Positions 27,252 to 35,124 of a stretch of DNA of 64,000 nucleotides are shown piece after piece. The DNA comes from Candidatus Calditenuis fumarioli. GTDB taxonomy: Archaea > Thermoproteota > Nitrososphaeria_A > Caldarchaeales > Calditenuaceae. Positions within the stretch are counted from its first letter, which is position 1. Each line of letters begins with the position of its first letter. The notes under the pieces are model-generated. The model saw only the letters and a program-made list of their open reading frames with translations. It searched no databases and was not told where the DNA came from. Made by a program: the position numbers and the translations under genes. The stretch is from positions 384,001-448,000 of the forward strand of contig JANVYR010000002.1 of assembly GCA_030059665.1 (NCBI GenBank). Direction: 5' to 3'.

Positions 27252-28475
27252 TCAGCGGAGAGAGTGCATCATCAACAGGGCTAAGGCGATGGCCGCCAGG
27301 TAGAGGGCAGATGCCAGCCAGGGGAGGAGGGGCCCTCCGAGACCGGTCAGGAACCAGACCATTCTCAGCACGTTGCCCGCGTTGAGGTACACCGCTGGCC
27401 AGAACGTGAGGCCGAGGTACGGCGTTCTGCCGGTGAGGAGTCCCGGCAACATGATGGGCGCGTATGCGAGGATCGCGTTGCCCACGAAGCCGATGGTGAA
27501 CGCGTGTATGCTGGCGTCCCTCAGACCGTACCAGAAGGGACCTGAGGTCAGCGAGCTGAGAGCGGTCAGGACCGAGAGGATGGATGCGGAGAGCGCCCAG
27601 AGCGTTGAGATCGCGAAGTGGACGACGAAGTACTCGTAGCGTTTCCTGTCTCGCTCGTTCATCCTCGAGTACTGCGCGCCAGACCTGACGACCCTGAGCG
27701 CGTCCAACGAGATAACCCAGATGAAGAGCGAGGCGGTGAACGAGACGGCGCCCAGAAGCTCGAGGAATCTATCGCTGAGCAGCACGGCGGCCATCGAGAG
27801 CGCTGAGCCGAGGGCCTGCAGAGGCGCGATCCACCACCAGAGGCGGCGCCTGAGCTTGAGCTCTATCCTGAAGTGCACAGTCTTTATCCCCACGCCGAGG
27901 ACCATCGAGCCCACGGCACCGAAGAGCGCGAGGTTCACGAAGCCGGGGGTTGTGAAGGGCGCGAGACCGGAGTGCTCGAGGAGCGCGTGAAGGAGGAGAG
28001 TGACCGCCATGACCGTCACCGAGAGCTGAACGAGCGGGTCCGCGGCTCCCAGCGGCCCGGAGGGCCTCCCAATCGAGAGCCACGTGTACAGAGCCATTGC
28101 CGAGACTGCAACGGTCGCGACTGCTAAGGCGGCGATCGAGGTAACAGATCCCGGGTCCGACAGGGAGCGGGCGAAGACCGAGGCGACGAGCAGAACGGGT
28201 CCGCACAGTCTGACGGCAACGCGGCGCGCCGGGTCGACGTTCCTGAACCTCGGAATCAGCAGCGAGGCCACGCTGAGGACGAAGGCGTAGACGAAGCCGT
28301 AAAGCATCAAGATGGGGTGCGATGTCGAGACCGCCACCGAGAAGCCGACTCCGGAGAGCGAGAGGAACCAGAGCGCGCCGAAGACCGCACCCAGCACCGC
28401 TGCCACGGTTGCGGCCGCGATCCCAGGGATCGCAACGGTCCTGTTAGCCCTGAGGCGCCGGTGGACCTCGGACAT
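27252..28475 (-). CDS. NnrS-like multi-pass membrane protein
   Basis: HPILMLYGF, IHAFTIGFVG...APIMLP; about 12 TMs. Confidence 0.6.
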   Translation of the reverse strand: MSEVHRRLRANRTVAIPGIAAATVAAVLGAVFGALWFLSLSGVGFSVAVSTSHPILMLYGFVYAFVLSVASLLIPRFRNVDPARRVAVRLCGPVLLVASVFARSLSDPGSVTSIAALAVATVAVSAMALYTWLSIGRPSGPLGAADPLVQLSVTVMAVTLLLHALLEHSGLAPFTTPGFVNLALFGAVGSMVLGVGIKTVHFRIELKLRRRLWWWIAPLQALGSALSMAAVLLSDRFLELLGAVSFTASLFIWVISLDALRVVRSGAQYSRMNERDRKRYEYFVVHFAISTLWALSASILSVLTALSSLTSGPFWYGLRDASIHAFTIGFVGNAILAYAPIMLPGLLTGRTPYLGLTFWPAVYLNAGNVLRMVWFLTGLGGPLLPWLASALYLAAIALALLMMHSLR

Positions 28476-28565
28476 GCGTCTCCGACGATTTACCCTCCGA
28501 CCTCTATAAACATGGGTTTGAGAGATTTACGGGAGCGGTGAAGGAACCAGCGGTCCGGTTTCGAA

Positions 28566-28862
28566 TCAGCGGGTTCCCGACGGAGCGGTTATCGACTTCA
28601 GCTCCTGGGGAGAGAGGAGCCTCTTGATCTCGGTCCTGACGAACGGCTTGATGGGCATGGTCTCGACGAACCGCCTCACCTCCTCCTCGCTCTCGGCCTC
28701 GACGATCACGGCGCCGCCCGACATGTCCGCGAAGGCCCCGAAGCTCTTGACCTTCCCACTCGACTGAAGGCCGCTGCACAGATCGCACGTCTTGACGAAG
28801 GCCTCGAAGACCTCCGGCGAACCTTGGACCTCCAGCTGGCACCTGACCAGGAACAGGGGCAT
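28566..28862 (-). CDS. muconolactone isomerase / dimeric alpha-beta barrel family protein
   Basis: GGAVIVEAESEEEVRRFVETMP pattern. Confidence 0.6.
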   Translation of the reverse strand: MPLFLVRCQLEVQGSPEVFEAFVKTCDLCSGLQSSGKVKSFGAFADMSGGAVIVEAESEEEVRRFVETMPIKPFVRTEIKRLLSPQELKSITAPSGTR

Positions 28863-28938
28863 GCTAGAACTCCCTAATTTTCAACTAATAAAGATATAAT
28901 CGGGGTGTAAAGCCCTGTAAAGCCTTTTATTCCGCTGG

Positions 28939-29178
28939 GTGATCGATGGCCGGATGCCCGGTCTCCGCGGGCCCTCGCTCCACGAAATGAAGGCTGCGGT
29001 AGAGCGGGTCAACACCATGAGTCCTGGGGAGATTGCGCGGGCCTTTTTCGAGGTATGCCAGTCACTTCCGGGCGGCGGATCCGCGTCTAGGTCCGACGAG
29101 GCCAGGCGGATCGAGGGATTCGTCAAATCGGCGGTGCGCCTCGCGAGGAGGGTGTGGGGTGCGGTCCAGAGGGCTTAG
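28939..29178 (+). CDS. hypothetical protein upstream of cas6, possibly a Csa5/Cas11-like remnant
   Basis: helical 79 aa, EIARAFFE segment, 5 bp before the cas6 ATG; weak resemblance only. Confidence 0.35.
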   Translation: MIDGRMPGLRGPSLHEMKAAVERVNTMSPGEIARAFFEVCQSLPGGGSASRSDEARRIEGFVKSAVRLARRVWGAVQRA

Positions 29179-29183
29179 CTCGC

Positions 29184-30074
29184 ATGATCACCTCCTTCCT
29201 GGTCAAGGCAGTCTCGCCCGTCCCGATCAGGTTCGAGACCTACACGGGTTTCTCCGTCAGGGGGATGTTCTACGCGCTGCTCAGGAGCGCCGACGAGGAC
29301 CTGGCCAGGTCCATCCACGAGGCCAACACCATAAGCCCCTACAGCACGTCGGTTCTCGAGACCAGGAGGCAGGGCATGCTCTTCTCAGGCACGGTGGCTG
29401 CCGGCGAGCCCTTCTCGTTCCGGGTGGGGTGCCTCGACGGCAAGGTGTCTGACGCCATCGGCAGGGCCATCGCCGGCAGGTGGCCACCGCTGATGCGGGT
29501 GAGGAACGCCGACGCCCTCCTGCAGGAGGTCCAGGTCTCGGTCTGGAGGCCTCCCCAGCAGCTCCGGGTCGAGGAGAACATGAGGATCGAGGTCCGATTC
29601 CTCACGCCGACGTACTTCCGGAGCACCCAGCACAACCCGAGCATCCTCAGGAGGCTCCTTCCCAGGCGGTTCAGGAGGTCCGTCAGGCCGGTCTACCGTT
29701 ACGTCATACTCCCCGACCCCTACTATCTCTTCAGGGGGCTCGCGAGGCTCTACAAGAGGTTCTGCGATCCGGGCATCGGTAACAGGTCCTACGCCGAGTG
29801 GCTGCTGGAGGGAGGTATAGCGCTGGAGACCTTCAGCGGCCTCAGGGTTCACAAGGTCTACGACGAGAAGGGGAGGTGGTCGCGGGGCTTCACGGGCAAA
29901 GCCCTCTACGCGATACCCAGGGACCTCTTCGACAGGAAGATGGCTGAGCTGACGCTTCGGCTGCTCGAGCTGGCGAGGTACAGCAACGTAGGTGGCAACA
30001 GGACCGCTGGCTTCGGCGTGATCGATTACAGGGTGCTCGGACGTGGGGATGACGAAGGAGCTGATCGTCGATAG
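29184..30074 (+). CDS. cas6: CRISPR endoribonuclease Cas6
   Basis: ISPYSTS, FLTPTYFR, LPDP, RGFTG, G-rich loop SNVGGNRTAGFG. Confidence 0.92.
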   Translation: MITSFLVKAVSPVPIRFETYTGFSVRGMFYALLRSADEDLARSIHEANTISPYSTSVLETRRQGMLFSGTVAAGEPFSFRVGCLDGKVSDAIGRAIAGRWPPLMRVRNADALLQEVQVSVWRPPQQLRVEENMRIEVRFLTPTYFRSTQHNPSILRRLLPRRFRRSVRPVYRYVILPDPYYLFRGLARLYKRFCDPGIGNRSYAEWLLEGGIALETFSGLRVHKVYDEKGRWSRGFTGKALYAIPRDLFDRKMAELTLRLLELARYSNVGGNRTAGFGVIDYRVLGRGDDEGADRR

Positions 30075-30293
30075 ACCTGGGACGTACATCGGCGTCCGAA
30101 AGGGTCTCTTCGTGGTGAAGGGGGCCGACGGCTCGAGGGCGGAGTTCTCGCCCGCGGAGCTCTCGTACATCTCGATCAGGTGCAGGGGCGTGGGAATATC
30201 GGTCGACGCGCTGAAGCTCGCCTGCAGGTTCGGGATAGAGCTGACGGTCTACCACAAGGGTAAACCTCTGACGAAGGTCGTCCACGCGGTGAA
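30049..30293 (+). pseudogene. cas1: truncated cas1 (N-terminal ~82 codons only)
   Basis: LIVDRPGTYIGVRKGLFVV...SISVDALKLACRFGIEL-like Cas1 N-terminal beta domain (GVGISVDAL); sequence switches to a CRISPR repeat at 30294. Confidence 0.82.
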
Positions 30294-30446
30294 CTTTCAA
30301 CTCCCTCTCTCGGGATCAATTACGGCCCTGTCCCTTCCCTCCATCCAGGTCCTCTTTCAACTCCCTATCTCGGGATCACTTAGGCTACATCAGCGTCAGG
30401 ATCACCGGTGTCAGGCTCGATACTTTCAACTCCCTCTCTCGGGGTC
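30294..30446 (-). CRISPR. CRISPR mini-array 2: three 24-bp repeats, two spacers (45 and 36 nt)
   Basis: CTTTCAACTCCCTCTCTCGGGATC (30294-30317), CTTTCAACTCCCTATCTCGGGATC (30354-30377), CTTTCAACTCCCTCTCTCGGGGTC (30423-30446). Confidence 0.93.
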
Positions 30447-30607
30447 ACCGTTCCCGATTCCGGGATTTTCGGGCTCTGCGCGGCTCCCCGCCGCGCCACC
30501 CCTTCGCACGGATGAATTTTTTGACCTCTATTTTAAGATGATGGGGTCTCAATCTCAATATCAACTCAATTCATAGCACTTATCAGTTGCTGAAAAATGG
30601 TATTACC
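30447..30607 (-). promoter_or_regulatory. CRISPR leader of mini-array 2
   Basis: reverse complement matches 554-610 and 679-771 with only a few substitutions. Confidence 0.85.
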
Positions 30608-30633
30608 TTGGTTGCCTTTTGACATCGCCCAGG

Positions 30634-31578
30634 TCACAGGTAATCGGATCTGTCCACGACGTTCCTCAGACTTTCCCCCCTCAGGTACCTGAGGACGTTC
30701 TCGGCCGCGTGGCGCACCATCTCGAGGTAGACCCGAGGGTTCCCGAAGGCCCCAGCGATCCACGGAGTGGCGATCACGTTCGGAAGCGCGGCCAGGTCGG
30801 CGTCCTGGGATATGTCGCCGCTCCAGTAGACGTCGGTGGCGTAGGTGAAGTCCGGGTTGTCGCGGAGGAACCTGATCAGATCGGGCTTCGAGACGACCCC
30901 TCCCCTGCCCACGTTCACCATGACGCCGTCGCTCCTCATCGCCCTCAGCTCCTCGTACCCGATCATGTTTTTGGTGTGCCTGTTCAGAGGCAGCGCGAGG
31001 ACCGCGAACTCCGCACCGCTCAGCGCCCCCCTCACGTCCGGGTAGGCGCGGAACTCGTCGATGAACGGCTCAGACCTCGGCCTCCGCGCGAAGCCCCTGA
31101 CCCTCATACCCAGGGCCTTAGCGAGCTCAGCGACCCTCATCCCGATCGGGCCCAGCCCGAGGACCGCGATCACGGAACCCTGGAGCACCTTGACCGTCTT
31201 GTCCCTGGAGAAGTCACCGGACCTGCAACGCTCGTGATAGTAAGGGATCCTCTTGGCGGCCGCGAGGAGGAGCGCTATCGCGTGCTCCGCCACGGGAACG
31301 GCGTTGGACCCTGCGTTGCTGCAGACCACCACGTCCTCCGGTATCGATGACCAGTCCAGGTGGTCAACCCCGGCCGAAAGTATCTGGATGACTTTCAGGT
31401 TCGGCATCATCTCCAGGTCCTCCCGGCTCAGCCTGAAGGTCACAAGCACCTCCGCCCTCCTCAGCTGCTCCGGCTCGGCCCTCCCGTAGTGCACCACGTC
31501 TGCGTGCTCGCGGAGCACCGCGTAGGTCTCCTCCGGAACGTTCTCGCCCACGTTGAGCACCACGACCCTCCGGACCAT
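30634..31578 (-). CDS. D-isomer-specific 2-hydroxyacid dehydrogenase
   Basis: SAGVDHL, VAEHAIALLLAAAK, LGLGPIG, LPLN, NVGRGGVV, TPWIAG. Confidence 0.9.
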   Translation of the reverse strand: MVRRVVVLNVGENVPEETYAVLREHADVVHYGRAEPEQLRRAEVLVTFRLSREDLEMMPNLKVIQILSAGVDHLDWSSIPEDVVVCSNAGSNAVPVAEHAIALLLAAAKRIPYYHERCRSGDFSRDKTVKVLQGSVIAVLGLGPIGMRVAELAKALGMRVRGFARRPRSEPFIDEFRAYPDVRGALSGAEFAVLALPLNRHTKNMIGYEELRAMRSDGVMVNVGRGGVVSKPDLIRFLRDNPDFTYATDVYWSGDISQDADLAALPNVIATPWIAGAFGNPRVYLEMVRHAAENVLRYLRGESLRNVVDRSDYL

Positions 31579-31636
31579 CGCCGCCTACCCCTTCGGACGA
31601 GTTTAAACTGATATCGCTCTCGCTCGGCCGGGTGGC

Positions 31637-32239
31637 ATGGCAGCACCTCAGGGCACCGAGCTGGTGTGGGAGCTGGTGCGGGCGACCGTCGCGCTCTTCA
31701 TCATCGTGGACCCGGTAGGAACCGTCCCGTTCTTCGAGCTGCTCACCTCCGGCATGGACAGAGAACGGAGGTCGACGATCGTCAGGAGGGCAGTGCTGGT
31801 GGGGACCGCGCTCCTCCTGCTCTTCGCGGCCGCCGGTAACCTCCTGCTCGAGCTGTTCGGGATATCGCTCCAGAGCTTCCTCGTGGGAGGAGGGATGCTC
31901 CTGGTGCTCCTCGCCATCAGGATCATCCTCCACGGTGGCGAGGGCTGGGGCTCAGGTCATAGCACCGGGGTCTTTCCGCTGGCCTTCCCGCTGCTGGTGG
32001 GACCCGGCGCGATAACCACGACCATGATCTCGATCCGCTCGCTTGGCATCCCCTTAATGGTCATCCCTGTGGCGGTCGTCATGGCCCTGACCTGGGCGGT
32101 GCTGGAGCACTCCGAGCTCTTCACGCGATTCCTGGGAAAGGACGGCGCCGACGCTGTGGCTAGGGTGATGGCGGTCTTCATGACCGCGATAGGGGTGGAG
32201 TACGTCGTCAGGGGAGCGAGGGAGCTGATCTACGGTTAG
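31637..32239 (+). CDS. MarC family membrane protein
   Basis: LFIIVDPVG, FPLAFPLLVGPGAITT, ARVMAVFMTAIGVE. Confidence 0.92.
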   Translation: MAAPQGTELVWELVRATVALFIIVDPVGTVPFFELLTSGMDRERRSTIVRRAVLVGTALLLLFAAAGNLLLELFGISLQSFLVGGGMLLVLLAIRIILHGGEGWGSGHSTGVFPLAFPLLVGPGAITTTMISIRSLGIPLMVIPVAVVMALTWAVLEHSELFTRFLGKDGADAVARVMAVFMTAIGVEYVVRGARELIYG

Positions 32240-34575
32240 GCGCTGATCACGACGATGTTGTGCATTTTCACGAGGTCGTCCTCGAAGGGCTTCAGGTCCT
32301 CGGGGACCTTCAACTCTATCGGGTCCCTCAGCGACAGGCCCCGCTCCTTCTTCAATCGCCAGACGTAGCTGTTGAACTCCACGATCCTCTCGGTGTACCT
32401 CCACATCTCACCGGGGTCCTGGGGCTCAGGGAAGCGCTCCAGGTGGATGCTCCGGCCGGAGTAGCAGGTCCTCCAGATCACCTCTGTCATGAACGGGATT
32501 ATCGGCGCGAGGAGCAGCAGCACGTTCCTCAGAACGGTGTGGAGCGCGTACCACGCGGCCCTTGCTCCCTCCGGGTCGACGTCCTCCGAGAGAGCCCTCG
32601 GCTTGGTCATCTCGACGTAGTGGCTCGCGAAGAGGTTCCAGACGAAGTCCCTGATCCTTGTGGCTGGGATGAAGAAGTTGAACTGCCTGTAGCCCTCAAG
32701 CGCCTCCGACGCCGTCCTCCAGAGCTCCGATAGGATCCACCTATCAGCAGGCCTCAGCTCCGCGCTTTCCGGCACCGGGAACGAGGAGACGTACCTCGCC
32801 ACGTTCCAGAGCTTCGTCAAAAACTTCCCCGCGTCGCTTATCCTCTTCTCCGATATCCTGAAGTCGTACCCGAGGCTCGCCTCCTGCGCCGACCAGAACC
32901 TGAAGAAGTCCGCACCGTACTTCTCGAGTATCGGCGCCGGATCTATTATGTTGCCCTTGCTCTTGCTCATCTTCTCGCCGCGCTCATCGAGTCCCATCCC
33001 TCCTATCCAGGCGTACTCAAATGGTAACCTTCCGGTCAGCTGGTAGCAGCGGAGCACGGTGTAGTAAAGCCACGTCCGAACGATGTCCTTCCCCTGGGGC
33101 CTGACGGCGGCCGGGTAGGCCCTCCTGAAGAGGTCCTCGTTCCTCATGTACCCCGAGATGAACAGGGGGGAGATGCTGGAGTCCATCCAGGTGTCGAAGG
33201 TCCTCTCCTCGCCGACGAACTCGGTCCCGCCGCATTTCACGCACCTCTCGAATGGTGCTTTCTCCTTCCAGGGCCTCCAGTACCTGCCCGGCTCGGGGAG
33301 GTGTGGCTCGCCGCAGGACCTGCAGTACCAGACCGGTATCTCCGTTGCGTAGTACCTCCTCCTCGAGATGGGCCAGTCTATCCTGAGGGAGTTGATCCAG
33401 TCGATCAGGAGCTGCCGGTGGAACTCGGGCAGGAACTTCAGCTCCCTCGCGAGCCTCAGCATCTCGTCCCTCATCTGCAGCTGCTTCAGGTAGTACTCCT
33501 CCATCGGTATGATCTCGATGGGCGTGTTGGAGCGCTCGCAGACCGGCACCTCGTGGACTATCCGCTCGACCCGGACCAGCGCTCCCGCCTCCCTCAGCAG
33601 CTCCTTGACCCTCTCCCTCGCCTCCCTGACCCGGAGCCCCGCGAGCGGCCCCGCGTTCCCGTTCATCCTCCCGTCGGTCCCTATCAGGATCCTCTCTTTC
33701 AGCCCCAGCTCCCGGAAGAGCTGAACGTCCATCTGGTCGCCGTAGCTGCAGACCATCAGGACGCCCGTCCCGAAGTCGGGCTTAGCGTATGGGTGCTCGA
33801 GGATCTCCACCTCGTGCCCGTAAATCGGCACCACAGCCCTCCTCCCCCTGAGATGCTTGTACCGCTGGTCCTCTGGGTTGTAGATCAGCGCCGCGCACGC
33901 TCCTATCAGCTCCGGCCTGGTGGTGGCTATAGTCACCTTACCGCCGCCCACGAGCTCGAAGTCGATGTAGAAGAGCTCCGCCTCCTCCTCCCGCGAGTCG
34001 ATGTCGGCGTCCGCGATGGTCGTGCCGCACTCCCAGCAGTAGTTGTTCGGCCTCAGAGCCCGGTAGATCAGGCCCCTCCTGTAGAGCTCGATGAAGGTGG
34101 CCTGGGTCAGGGCCCTGTACTCGGCGGAGTCGGTCCTGTAGTAGCGCTTGAAGTCGCCCGAGAGGCCGAGCCTCTTCATGACCGAGAGCATGTAGGCCTC
34201 GAGCTCGTCCAGGGCCTCGGAGCACATCCTGAGGAACTCCTCCCTGTCCACCTGGAAGATGCTGACGTTCCTGGTTCGCTCGACGTACTTCTCCACCGGT
34301 ATTCCGTTCCTGTCTATCCCGATGGGGAAGTACACCTTGTGACCGAACATCCTCGCGGTCCGGGCGATCATGTCGATCTGGGCGTACTGCGCCGCCGCGC
34401 CGATGTGCCAGGGCTTCCCGGAGGGGTAAGGAGGGGGCGTGTCGATGGTGAAGAGCCTCTCGGCGCTGAAGTCCGGCTCGTAGATCCCCTCCTCCTCCCA
34501 CCACTTCATGACCTCCAGCTCCAGCCTCGGGTCCCACCTGCTCGATTGCAGCTTCGGCTCCCTCCTGGGAGGCAT
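32236..34575 (-). CDS. valS: valine--tRNA ligase
   Basis: IDTPPPYPSG.WHIGA, DWPISRRRYY, RPQGKDIVRTW, KMSKSKGN; ATG at 34575. Confidence 0.95.
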   Translation of the reverse strand: MPPRREPKLQSSRWDPRLELEVMKWWEEEGIYEPDFSAERLFTIDTPPPYPSGKPWHIGAAAQYAQIDMIARTARMFGHKVYFPIGIDRNGIPVEKYVERTRNVSIFQVDREEFLRMCSEALDELEAYMLSVMKRLGLSGDFKRYYRTDSAEYRALTQATFIELYRRGLIYRALRPNNYCWECGTTIADADIDSREEEAELFYIDFELVGGGKVTIATTRPELIGACAALIYNPEDQRYKHLRGRRAVVPIYGHEVEILEHPYAKPDFGTGVLMVCSYGDQMDVQLFRELGLKERILIGTDGRMNGNAGPLAGLRVREARERVKELLREAGALVRVERIVHEVPVCERSNTPIEIIPMEEYYLKQLQMRDEMLRLARELKFLPEFHRQLLIDWINSLRIDWPISRRRYYATEIPVWYCRSCGEPHLPEPGRYWRPWKEKAPFERCVKCGGTEFVGEERTFDTWMDSSISPLFISGYMRNEDLFRRAYPAAVRPQGKDIVRTWLYYTVLRCYQLTGRLPFEYAWIGGMGLDERGEKMSKSKGNIIDPAPILEKYGADFFRFWSAQEASLGYDFRISEKRISDAGKFLTKLWNVARYVSSFPVPESAELRPADRWILSELWRTASEALEGYRQFNFFIPATRIRDFVWNLFASHYVEMTKPRALSEDVDPEGARAAWYALHTVLRNVLLLLAPIIPFMTEVIWRTCYSGRSIHLERFPEPQDPGEMWRYTERIVEFNSYVWRLKKERGLSLRDPIELKVPEDLKPFEDDLVKMHNIVVISA

Positions 34576-34663
34576 GATCCCGTCAGAGCAGATTCCAGGG
34601 AAATTTAAGCCCCAACGCGGGCTTTTCCGCCGAGGTGGGGTTATCTCCGAGGGCGCGGGCCTG

Positions 34664-35071
34664 TTGCCGGTGAAAGAGGAGGAGTTCGTGGAGCACCAGC
34701 TGAGGAGCCTCAGGGACATGCTCCCCGTTAGGAAGTGCTCCATCGAGGAGCTGCTGAGGAGCGAGGACCCGAAGGTGCCCACGCTCGGAGGAGGGCATCA
34801 CAGGTTCTCGAGGCGCTCGGTCGAGGCGGCCGCTTCTGCGATCCCGAGGGACCTCTGGTCCGTGCCCCTCTTCCCGATCACCTTCTCCTCGGGCGAGGAG
34901 CTGGGCAGGGGCGTCGTGGTCATCAGGAACAAGGCGGAGGCCGTCGCCTTCGCGAGGATGATGGGTCTGTCCGAGCTGCCGAGGACCCCTGAGGGCCACC
35001 ATTACACCTACAAGGTGCTCGTCATCGACTTCATGCGCAGGTACCCCTCGCTCGGCGTGCTCTCGGTTTAG
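34664..35071 (+). CDS. DUF61-like protein
   Basis: LRDMLPVRKCSIEELL...GGHHRF...LFPI pattern; start uncertain. Confidence 0.6.
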   Translation: MPVKEEEFVEHQLRSLRDMLPVRKCSIEELLRSEDPKVPTLGGGHHRFSRRSVEAAASAIPRDLWSVPLFPITFSSGEELGRGVVVIRNKAEAVAFARMMGLSELPRTPEGHHYTYKVLVIDFMRRYPSLGVLSV

Positions 35072-35124
35072 GTCCCGCTTCCGGGATGAAACCTTAAGAC
35101 CTCGGGGCTGGATGTCCTCACGGA

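Noticed and set aside
28868-28886. Two 8-nt pieces of the CRISPR repeat (AACTCCCT, TTTCAACT) in the cas promoter region
   Set aside because: Wrong order and too short to be a degenerate repeat.
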